This document shows positions 45,403-54,813 of a DNA stretch of 64,000 bases, piece after piece. Origin of the DNA: Sphaerodactylus townsendi (Eukaryota); contig NC_059428.1 of the NCBI RefSeq assembly GCF_021028975.2, positions 111,538,001 to 111,602,000 of the forward strand, written 5' to 3'. Position 1 is the stretch's first letter; each line of letters starts with the position of its first letter. The position numbers were made by a program, and so were the translations under genes. The notes beneath the pieces are model-generated. The model searched no databases, was not told the DNA's origin, and saw only the letters and a program-made list of their open reading frames with translations.

Positions 45403-45916
45403 TAGCTTGATGGCCCAGGCTAGCAAGTACTGCTCACCAATTTCCCTAGGTATTCCATACGACTCCTGGGAAATGGCCAAATATTTGTTCTTACTTCCTG
45501 ACCCCAAGCTGCATTGTGCACTAACTTTAGCTAGGTGCAATGTCTTACCCTTTGCTGTAAGACAAGGAAGAGGTACCAGTATCCCGCATCATGGAAGATT
45601 TTGTGTATGCAGGCTAAATAATGAGGAATCTATACACCACGTTTTGTTCCACGGCCCTCTGTATGAGACAGCTAGGTTAAAGCTTCTGCTATCTCTCTTG
45701 GCTGGTTCTGAAGGCTGGACCAATCAAGAAAAGGTATCGTTTCTTCTGCATAATACTTTGGGCGCAGTTTTAGAGCAAATAGCTAAGTTTCTTAGTATAG
45801 TTATTAGTAAGTGCTCCTAATCAATCTTTTGCCTGGTCATCATAAGTTCATGTTTGGTTACTTTAGCATGTGTGTTCTCTTTTATTTGAATGTATGCCAT
45901 TAAAGATTCTTGACTT
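45403..45916 (+). mobile_element. 5'-truncated LINE (3' end of ORF2 with CCHC-type knuckle; RTE-X-like)
   Basis: 16-bp TSD GATAGTGCTGGTATCA (45387-45402 and 45917-45932); RFCVCRLNNEESIHHVLFHGPLY; CTTGA-repeat tail. Confidence 0.75.
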
Positions 45917-46449
45917 GATAGTGCTGGTATCAGACTGAATGAATTGGCCTTTTGCTGCTATGTGGTCTCATTCATATTTCTCTGGGCCAGCTGTCACTGT
46001 TTGTGGCTTAGGCATATCAATGCATGACACTGTTTACAAGCCCACCTTGCATCTGTCCCCGATCCTGTCAACCTGACCAGGTGGGAGTTACTATTTGCCC
46101 TGCAGGAGAACCTTAATGTGCTCACCGTCAGTTCACATAAATTTTCATAATGTGGCAAATAGAGGTTACATTCTCAGTTCAGCTCCAAAGACTTAATGGG
46201 CCATTGTTGCAGGGCTATGGCTCTCCTGCTAATTCTTCTTTTTTGCTTCAGACCCCTGCTTGGGTCATTCTTCTGGTCTTGAGATCCACTGAACCACAGG
46301 AGCAGCCACACACCCTTCCAAACCCAGCCCAACCAAGTCACACTTATGTCATATCTGGTCCTTGCAACAAACCCCTATGTTAAGCCATCTACATAAATTG
46401 AATTAGATCAGAGTGAACTATAGAAGATTTTAGTTGCTTAAATTAAACT

Positions 46450-46695
46450 TGTCTTGCCGAAGGCTTACACGGCCGGATTCAACTGGTTGTGGTGGGTTTT
46501 CCGGGCTGTGTGGCCGTGGTCTGGTGGATCTTGTTCCTAACGTTTCGCCTGCATCTGTGGCTGACATCTTCAGAGGTGTATCACAGAGGGAAGTCTGTTA
46601 CACACAAGATGCCAGCCACAGATGCAGGCGAAACGTTAGGAACAAGATCCACCAGACCATGGCCACACAGCCCGGAAAACCCACCACAACCAGTT
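46450..46695. mobile_element. Palindromic non-autonomous Penelope-like element
   Basis: 90-bp inverted arms 46481-46570 and 46606-46695 (2 mismatches); direct repeat TTAAATTAAACT at 46438-46449 and 46694-46705; contains a hammerhead core. Confidence 0.8.
46536..46576 (-). ncRNA. Minimal type I hammerhead ribozyme (Penelope-type)
   Basis: CCU-CUGAAGA-UGUCAGCCACAGAUGCAGGC-GAAACGUU-AGG: conserved core, stem I CCU/AGG, palindromic ACGU stem III. Confidence 0.7.
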
Positions 46696-48363
46696 AAATT
46701 AAACTGTCAAAGGATATAGTACCCTAAAGAATTTCATTTATTTTTTGTGTAGGGGGTGTACCTTCCCTAACATCTTAATGACGGCAAAGCCAAAAAAGGG
46801 GGTTTAGGTCATTTGTTCATAAATGTTGTCAATTATTCACAGTCTATATAGATGGGAATTGTTGGCATCAAAGATTGCTGTGATCTCCCAGAGTATCTGT
46901 ACCAGCTTTCTGGACTTGTTTTAATTTTTAAATAAACATTAATTTAATGTTTGTTAAATTAATTTAATGTTTATTTAATAAACATTAATAAAGAATGTTG
47001 CTCAGTAGAGTGGCAGGATAAAAATAAAGTGTGCCATCAAGCGACAGTCGACTGATGACAACCCCCTGAAGTTCCACCTTATGGGGTTTTCAAGGCAAGA
47101 GAAGAGCAGTGGTGATGAGCCATCGCCTCCCTCAGAATGGCAGCCCAGTTCTTCTTGGTGGTTTTCCATCCAACTATTGACCCGGCTTAGCTTCCAAGGT
47201 CTTACGAGATCAGACTCGTCCTGTTTCTATGATATTCCAGTGGAAAGATAACTTGTATTAAAACTGGTGCTGTTAGCACCGGTTGAAACAATAACTTAGT
47301 CATGAAACATATTGAGAAAGTCGTTATCATCTCACAGCCTAAATTATCTCAAGATTATTGCGGAGATAAACAAAAGATAAGGTTGTATCATAATTTGCTT
47401 TGAAGCCTTGGGGGTAAAGTGGGTGGGTGGGTAGAAATAACAACTCAGTCATTACATGTTTGATATCGTTCTTAAAGTCTGGCGTAGGTACGTGGGAGTG
47501 GACTTTTCACTCAACTACTTTGAGTCAGGATTGCTCCAGGCACACTTCTGGCGGATGAACTAAAATGGTAATGTTCTTAAATTATTTTAGGAAATGAATG
47601 TTTAACATGGACAGATTTTCAGGAGCAGACAATACAAGAAAACAAACCCAAACAGGCTGTGTGAGTGTGAACTGGCATATAATCTTCTAATGGGGTGGGA
47701 GAGGGATAAGTGAGGACATACTGTTCCATACCTGGAGCTGGCAACCCTAAGGCCTAAGAAGCTGTCTGCCCAGATAGGATTTTTTAAAAAGTACATTGGC
47801 CTGTTAGTTAAAGTTGCTGTAGATGGTGAGACTCCCTCGCTCAATAAGTACACCACAACGACAGGCTGGAAAGGAATGGGCCGCAGCCCGTTTATTAAAC
47901 AACAAACATATAAACAAGAACTATTTACATCAGAGCTGGGCGGCAAACGGGTCGCACATCACATCCCAATGAATGGGAAACTGGCGGGAAGGGAAGCCCA
48001 GAGATCATACTCCTAAATGCTTCCACACTTCCCGCCCCTGCTGAGGAGACGGGCACCGGCTGAGCCCCAAGGCCGCCCCCAGCCCGTCTTCCTCCCGTGC
48101 TTGCTGGGGTGTCGGGCACCGGCTAAGCCCATGGCCGCCTAACGGCCCAACCCAACCCCACTCCCTGGGGTGTCGGGCAGCGGCCCGGCCTGCCGGCCTG
48201 CCAGCCTGCCCGCCCCACCCCCCCGGCCCTCATAGGGCGCAAGCCTGGGAGCCCCAGCCGGAAGGCTCGTTCTCTCCCCAGATGTGCGACACCGTTGCAA
48301 ACCCGCCACGAGCTGCCCACCCTTGCAGCTCACCGCCCAAGCTCCTCAAGCCTGAGCCTGTCT

Positions 48364-48946
48364 CTATCTTAACCACCGACAAAGGGTAAACTGAACTGAC
48401 TGAAGCCACAAGTCCATGCCCCATTGGGACAGGCGGACGCCATCCGGCTGAAAAAGGTCCATGACGTCCCGGGTGATTTCGGAGTGTTCCGCCACCGCTC
48501 CCCCGAGGGAAAGCACCACCTTGGCGGCCGCCTTATTGACTTTTCTGCAGGCCCTGTCCACTGCAGAGGGATCCAACGCTCCGCTCCAATGGGCCCACTG
48601 CACCATCTCGGACCAAACCAAGGTCATGTTAGGCCGGTGCCTGGCAAAGCTCCTGAGCGTGGCGGCCACTGCAAAACGCAGGTCAAGGCCCGACCTGGCA
48701 GGGAGATCTTCCTCCCCAAGGTGGATGACCAGGAGGTCCGGTGTAGCCAGCTGAAAAATGTATTCAATGACCTTGGGCTCTAGCTCATGCCAAAGCATGT
48801 GCCCCTGCCCCATCCAGGAAATTCTTACGTGCGCGAGTCCGAGATGCCGGCCCCATTCGAATTGCAGTAGTCCCCGACTCTGTTGACAAGGCTGTGCCCC
48901 ACGACCCACACCTGCCGATAGACAGTCTGCGGCGTCCCTGGAGGCA
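48364..48946 (-). pseudogene. SGNH/GDSL hydrolase-like ORF of the element (one frameshift ~48860; no ATG)
   Basis: VWVVGHSLV (block I, shifted frame), PDLLVIHLGEED (block III), DGVRLS (block V). Confidence 0.8.
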
Positions 48947-48959
48947 CTGAGGAGGGAAA

Positions 48960-49870
48960 TCAACAAGTCAGGTGTGGGCGAATGTACGCCCGAAAGGCCC
49001 CCGACCGCCACCTGCCCAAATTGCGGATATCCTCCGGGGCCCTGCCTTCTGCTGCCGCGGCCGTGGCGGCCCCAATTCTGAACGAGTGCAGGCCGAATTC
49101 CGCAGCCGGTAGCCCGGCTTGAGCCAAGCATGCCCTGAACACCGCCAGCATTTGGAACCTGGTGAGGGGGGACCCATCCTCGTGCACCAAGAGCATGCCA
49201 CCCACCAGAGGCCTGTGCCGTAGCCACTCAATAAGGGGGGGGAGGGGCAGGTGGCGTCGCCCGGTAGGGCCGGCATGGTGACCCAAGCCCCACGGCCCTC
49301 TTGGTCGGTCTTCGAATGGGCCAGCCAAGCGTAGACCATGTCTCCCGACAGGACGAGGTGGTCCCTTTGCAGCACGGTGCTGGAAGGTCGATCCCTGGTA
49401 GGGGCAACCAGTTCCCCAGGCCTGAAAGCCCCGTGGTGTGCCAGGTGGAAGGCGGCGGCGAAAAGCAAGCGCTCATAGCGCGAAGCGCACACCTGCCTTA
49501 GCACCCCAGTGACCGCCCTCAACACTTCCTTGGTGACTGGGCGCCTGAGGTCCCTCTGTCTGGTGCCCACCCGCCGCCACCCAGCCACTAGGCGGCGGAC
49601 TACAAACGCCTTGGTGATGTCAGGAAAACCGGAAACCTTGCAGTAGAAAGCGATGCCCGCCAGGTGCACCCCCATGGTGCGCGGGTGCATCCCCTGCCCA
49701 TGGAGCCGGACCAAATACTCGAGGAGGAGGCCAGTGTCCACCCCACCGCAGACCCGGCGCCCGGAGGACGCAGCTGAAGCTCAGGAAATCGCGCACGGCT
49801 CCGGCTGTATTGCCTGCAGTGGCCGGTGCCAACGAAGTTCAAAACACCTGTGATGACGTCTCGTTGCCAA
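48960..49870 (-). pseudogene. Ngaro-like tyrosine recombinase, frameshifted
   Basis: Catalytic motifs GAFRPGE, SKTDQ, HSFRIGAAT, GRWRS, AYIR, split over at least three frames (breaks near ~49810, ~49740, ~49240). Confidence 0.9.
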
Positions 49871-49889
49871 GGCTCCAGAGGGACGCCCG

Positions 49890-51508
49890 GCACTGTCGCG
49901 GAACGGCTCCGCCCCGGGGGCCAGGCGCCGGAAACGATCCACCTGCTGGCGAGATAAGGCGTCAGCAATCTCATTCTGCAAACCTGGAACAAAAGCAGCT
50001 TTGAAAGAGATGTTATGAGTGAGGCAGGTGAGAACCAAATTGCGAACCAGGCGCATGACCCGTGCCGATTTGCTCGACTGTCTGTTTACCACGCGTACCA
50101 CTGCCTGGTTGTCGCACCAGAAAAGCACCCGTTTGTTAAGCCAGAGGTTGTGCCAAATGTGCACCGCCACCAGGATGGGAAACAGCTCCAGAAAGGTGAG
50201 ATCCCTGGTGATGCCCTGCGCGTGCCACTCTGGGGGCCAAAGGCCCTGCGCCCACTGACCCCGGAAGAACACACCGAAACCAAAAGCCCCAGAGGCATCA
50301 GAGTGCACCTGCAACTCCAGGCCAGGTTCCAAAGCTGATTGCCACAAAGAGATGCTGTTGAAGTTTCGGATGAAGGACAACCAGACCTGTAGGTCTTCTT
50401 TCATGGGAGACCCTGATGTGATGGTCAGGGGACTTGCAGCCCGACAAGGACCTCGCCAGCCGGGAGCAGAAAGCCCTACCCGGGGCCACCACCCTGCAAG
50501 CGAAATTGAGGTGGCCGAGTAAGGACTGGACCAGGCGCACCTGCATTTTCGGAGGAGGAGAACGGACTGGAGCAGGGCTGAAAGGGCTGTAAGCTTGTCA
50601 GCCGGGAGTGACGACGTGCCTAGGACCGTGTCCAGGTGAATGCCCAGGTAGCTGAGGGCAGTGGCGGGCCCCTCCACCTTGTTGGGAGCCAAGGGGACCC
50701 CCAGCTCGGCGGCCAGGACCTGGAAAGCCTGAAGGGCCAGCTCACACTCCCGGGTGCCCTGCCTGCCGATAAACAAGAAATCATCAAGGTAATGGATCAC
50801 CAAACCGGAGGGCACCCGCTGCCTGAAAGCCCATTCAAGGAAAGTGCTGAAAGTCTCAAAGGCGGCACAGGCAAAGGAGCAGCCCATGGGCATGGCCTTG
50901 TCCACATACCAATTGCCTTGGAAGTGGATGCCCAGCAGCTCGAAGTCCACGGGGGAAATGGGCAGGAGCCGGAAGGCGGACTGAATGTCACACTTTGCTA
51001 GGGATGCCCCCGGACCCGCCTGCCTGATGCAGGGGATGGCTTCGTCCAGGGTGGCGTAACGGACCGAACAAACCTCTGGGTCAATGAAATGATTCACGGA
51101 ATCGCCCCGGGGGTGGGAGAGGTGTTGAATTAAGCGAAACTCCCCCGGGGCTTTCTTAGGCACGACGCCAATTGGGGAGACCCTGAGGTTGGGGAGAGGA
51201 GGGTGACTGAAAGGGCCAGCAATGCGGCCGGCCTGGATTTCCTTGTTGAGCTTATCAGCCACCACTCCAGGGAGATCGCGGACAGATTTTAGATTGCTGG
51301 CTTGGTAAGCCCTCCTTGGGCCTTGGTATGGGATGCGGAAGCCAGAAGAGAAACCATCCCCCAGCAGGCGCGCAGCCCCCCTGTCTGGATAACGCTGCAG
51401 CCACTCCAAAAGCACCCCCACTTGAACGGGTGTAGGAGCCAGAGACTGCAGCTGAGCGAGCATCTCAGTGTTTTGCGGGGGCGGGGGCACTGCCCTGGCC
51501 ACCGGCAT
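49890..51508 (-). pseudogene. Ngaro-like reverse transcriptase / RNase H, with two compensating frameshifts (~50547 and ~50405)
   Basis: SPIGVVPKK, FRLIQHLS, KCDIQSAFR, MPMG, HYLDDFLF, HSDASG, LELFP, WCDNQAVV, NEIADALSR. The segment VQSLLGHLNFACRVV lies in another frame. Confidence 0.9.
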
Positions 51509-52916
51509 CTTTGTGGGAGGGCCCGGCGCCGGGCGACCGGGCCTGCCGAAAGGGAGGGCGTCCCGCCGGCTTGGGACAGCTGATCCTGCTGTGGCTGCCG
51601 GAACAAAAGGAGCAAGAGTGCTCAAATCTACATTTTGGCCGCTGGCAAGCACCTTTGTTGAATTCCCAACACAACCCCTTAGCCCCCACCCGCCCCGGGT
51701 AGGCTCTGCCGGGTTTTGTAAGAACAGGAGGATCCGCCGCCCCTCCCATGGCGGGCTGGACCACGACCATCCAGGTTTGGTCGTGGATGAGGTCCCAACG
51801 GAAAAGGCACTTGTGCGAGGCGTTCTTGCGGATGGCCTCGTCGTAAGCGATGGCCGCAGTTTCCCCAGCCAGCGCCCAAGCCCGCAGCACATGAGCCATG
51901 TGAGCTGCCAGGTGCCAGGCCCGCAGGGGATACGCTGCCCCGATGAGGGCCAGGAATTCGGTGAAGCCCTGCAGCCAGTTGTTAAAATTCCGCTCGGCTG
52001 CTGCTGGGTCCTTCCGTTTTTTGTCAGCCTTCCCGCCCGACAAACCCAACTCCCCCTCCCGCCGCGGGAACTTAAAGATGTCCACGTAATACCCATCCAG
52101 CGCCCGCTCCCGGAGCTTCCTGGGGAGGTGGGACCCGGGCGGGTTGCCGCGGTCGTCTTGAGCCGGGCCAGGGGATGGCGCTTCGCCGCCCCGAAACGCC
52201 TCGCGCTTTGCAAGCCACGGTGGGAGAGCAGGCACTCTCTCCCCCCCGCACCCAAAATTCCCCAGTGGCCTGCGCGGCATCATCCTCAGTAGACTCGCCC
52301 GCCAACGAAGAGCTGGGGGATCGCCGGGGCACACGGGAACGCCCTGACAACCGCTCCCTCCTCCTGCCCTCGCGCCCGAGGGCCGACGGACGCATCCACC
52401 GATGTGGACGCTACGCTTAACCGGTGGCGAAAGGTGCAGCTCCTCCGTTGCTCCGCTCGCGGCCCCCGCCGGCGCCGCACCGGCCGCCGCCGGCGCGGTA
52501 GGCTCAGGGCCCCCGACCCCCGAGGTGGGGCCCGACTCGCCAGCCGCTCCGCCGAGGACTTGTGAAAGATGCAACAGGGTGTCCGCCAGGTTGCGGACCA
52601 AGGCAGGATCGGTGCCAATATGGCCAACATGTTCGGGCCGGGAAGATGCCGGGCCGGCACCCCCCGGGACCGCGGGGAGGGCCCCTCCTAAGGGGGACTG
52701 TCCCGCCATGCCGACCGGCTGTCCCCTGCCGATGGGAGACAAGCCCGAGCCCGCGGCCGCCCTCGCCGCCGCTCCGATTCGCCCAACAACCGGGCCGTCG
52801 TCCGACGTCCCCGGGCCAGTCTGGGCCCGGACCCTGTTCAGCAGAGCACACGCTCTGCCCGATGGCACCGCCGCCTCAGCAGCAGGCTCCCTGCTCTTGG
52901 CCCTTTTCGGCCCCAT
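51465..52916 (-). CDS. Ngaro-like ORF1 (gag-like) with C-terminal CCCH/CCHC zinc fingers
   Basis: GCCGCCATGG start context; CWEFNKGACQRPKCRFEHSCSFCSGSHSRISC; FNNWLQGF...YDEAIRK motif typical of DIRS/Ngaro gag. Confidence 0.85.
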   Translation of the reverse strand: MGPKRAKSREPAAEAAVPSGRACALLNRVRAQTGPGTSDDGPVVGRIGAAARAAAGSGLSPIGRGQPVGMAGQSPLGGALPAVPGGAGPASSRPEHVGHIGTDPALVRNLADTLLHLSQVLGGAAGESGPTSGVGGPEPTAPAAAGAAPAGAASGATEELHLSPPVKRSVHIGGCVRRPSGARAGGGSGCQGVPVCPGDPPALRWRASLLRMMPRRPLGNFGCGGERVPALPPWLAKREAFRGGEAPSPGPAQDDRGNPPGSHLPRKLRERALDGYYVDIFKFPRREGELGLSGGKADKKRKDPAAAERNFNNWLQGFTEFLALIGAAYPLRAWHLAAHMAHVLRAWALAGETAAIAYDEAIRKNASHKCLFRWDLIHDQTWMVVVQPAMGGAADPPVLTKPGRAYPGRVGAKGLCWEFNKGACQRPKCRFEHSCSFCSGSHSRISCPKPAGRPPFRQARSPGAGPSHKDAGGQGSAPAPAKH

Positions 52917-53689
52917 GGCGGCTGCGAGACCGGCCCAGAAGAGGTGAAAGGAAAGAAAAGGTTGAAACGAGAGAAGCGAGGAGGGCCAGAGGAAGAAGGA
53001 AATTCAGCTAAGAAAGGAAAGGAAAGAAAAGGCCAGTCTCCTTCCAGGCCTTACGCGAGACTCCAAAAACACGACCACGCCTTGCTGGTTCTCGCCGCCG
53101 GGAAGGGCGCGGACCGGGGAAGGCGTCTAGATATACCCAGGCTCCTCCCGCCTTTTTCGGTGGGAGCCAATCATTGCACCCGGTTCTGCAGCTAGCCGCC
53201 AGGCCATGCATGCCCCTTATCTTGCTGCGTTGCTCACCACGGCAGCAATGGCTGCCCCTGGTTATTCAGGTGCATCTTATTTTGCAGAAGCTAAACTAGG
53301 TTTCTCCAGCCTTGGTGAGCTTTTGGGTACTTGTTGGAATTTGGAAAAGGGCAATGGATATTGCCCAAAATGGATGCCATAGAGGGCTGGTTTATATTCG
53401 ATTCAACATAAAGATAATAGATTGTATATTCCTCCACCACAGAACAAAGCATGCCGGACCTTCTTTGCTGAAGAATGCCCCGCCTGGGTCCTAGTGCCTT
53501 CCTCGCCCTTTTGCCATCAATGCTGTTGTATCAAAGTACCATGTTCAATAATGCACAAAATAATGGTTTTGACAAAGGGAGCCCATAAAAATGAATAATT
53601 CTCATGTTTGTTCAGGACTATATTCTAATGCAGAAGCATGCAACTTTCTCAATCGCTGCACCTCAACTGACCACTTGTGTGTTCCAGCA

Positions 53690-53745
53690 TTGCAGGGGTT
53701 AGACTTGATGACCCTTGGGGTCTCTTCCAGTTCTATGATTCTGTG
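53690..53745 (+). mobile_element. CR1 LINE 3' end fragment
   Basis: GGGGTTAGACTTGATGACCCTTGGGGTCTCTTCCAGTTCTATGATTCTGTGA (ATTCTRTG tail). Confidence 0.7.
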
Positions 53746-53832
53746 ACCAAACTATCATCTTTACATGGAACATAGTGTTACCATGCTGCCCTGGCATAGT
53801 GATGGGGGGAGAGGTGCTTATTCACAGGTATC

Positions 53833-54025
53833 CAGAGGTGGGATCCAACCAGTTCTCACCACTTCTCTAGAAGTGGTTACTAATTTTTTTCTGAGTGCCG
53901 AGAAGGGGTTACTAAAGCAACCTCCCTGCCCAATAGGGACTAGAGATGCGTGTGTGCGGCGGCGCCACTGTTTGAATCCCATCACCATCGGAACCTGTTA
54001 TTAAAATTTTTGGATCCCACCACTG
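53833..54025. mobile_element. hAT MITE
   Basis: TIR CAG(A/T)GGTGGGATCCAA; 8-bp TSD CAGGTATC. Confidence 0.9.
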
Positions 54026-54055
54026 CAGGTATCCCAGCCTGTAGGGTGATGCTGA

Positions 54056-54813
54056 TGTTGCAGAGATGGGGAGTTCATTTTCTGAGAATAGCCAGATCTA
54101 CCTACAAGAAACTTCCAGGAATTGTTTTCCTGTTCTCATGCTCCCAGCTTGCTTCCCATATCAGCACATTTTCAGCTCCACAGCCAAGGAAGAATACGTT
54201 CTCAACACGATACAGTAGCCCTGCTGAATGGATATTCATTTCCAGCCCCAAGAAGACCCTTGATGTCATTGCCTCCTCTGATTATCTTAACCCAAATACT
54301 CCCTTCTGTACCTAACTTCTTCTGACCACTTTACAATGCACTGTTGTTTCTCAAAACAATCCATCTGTTCACCTCCCAGAGGTTATCCTAGCAACCCCCA
54401 AGGTTGTCCTGATACCCCCAGAGGTAGTTCTTCACCCTATAAATATCCTACCCTCCAAAAGGCCAATCGCTCAGTGCCATTGACACCTTTCCGTTTTTGT
54501 TGCTGTGTCCAACACGTTGCCCCCCGCCCTGGAACCAAACGTTGGCCATTTGGCTCTGAACCCTAGATCTTCTTCATGTTGTATTACGCATATATCCCAT
54601 ACCCCTTTCTATTCCAAATCTATTTTCCAACCTATCTATATCTTAGGAACTCTGTGTGTTCATGTTTGCTGCATTGAATCAAGTGATTGTAAACCCCTTA
54701 TCCCTACAATAAAGATTGTCAAATTGGCATCATATCTCTCTGTGGATTTTCTTCTGAGAGCTGATCTACGTATACACTGGTATTAAAGATTCCTTACCCA
54801 GCCTCTCGCAACA
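54056..54813 (+). mobile_element. Solo-LTR-like element
   Basis: TGTTGC...GCAACA termini; internal TATAAAT (~54438) and AATAAA (~54708); no TSD recognised. Confidence 0.55.

Larger units (their letters stand above)
47824..53239 (-). mobile_element. Near full-length tyrosine-recombinase retrotransposon (DIRS order, Ngaro-like) with SGNH hydrolase ORF
   Basis: GC-rich island with ORF order gag(Zn)-RT/RNaseH-YR-SGNH and no methyltransferase domain seen. Has its own CCAAT/GC/TATA-like promoter (~53130-53175) and AATAAA (47896-47891). Ends approximate. Confidence 0.92.

Noticed and set aside
46930-46992. AT-rich palindromic/duplicated stretch
   Set aside because: Low-complexity slippage product with no further structure.
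47920-47940. CTGATGT in the element's 3' UTR as a hammerhead core
   Set aside because: It is not CUGANGA, and there is no correctly placed GAAA or stem II.
48950-49227. N-terminal part of the 287-aa ORF as the start of the SGNH protein
   Set aside because: It is an alternate frame of the recombinase. The true block I (GHS) lies in a different frame.
51509-52255. N-terminal 249 aa of the 824-aa pol ORF
   Set aside because: Alternate frame of gag with no RT similarity; pol homology starts near 51508-51440.
51468-52947. Long plus-strand ORFs (274 aa, 181 aa) antisense to gag
   Set aside because: Shadow ORFs of very GC-rich coding DNA; no recognisable domain.
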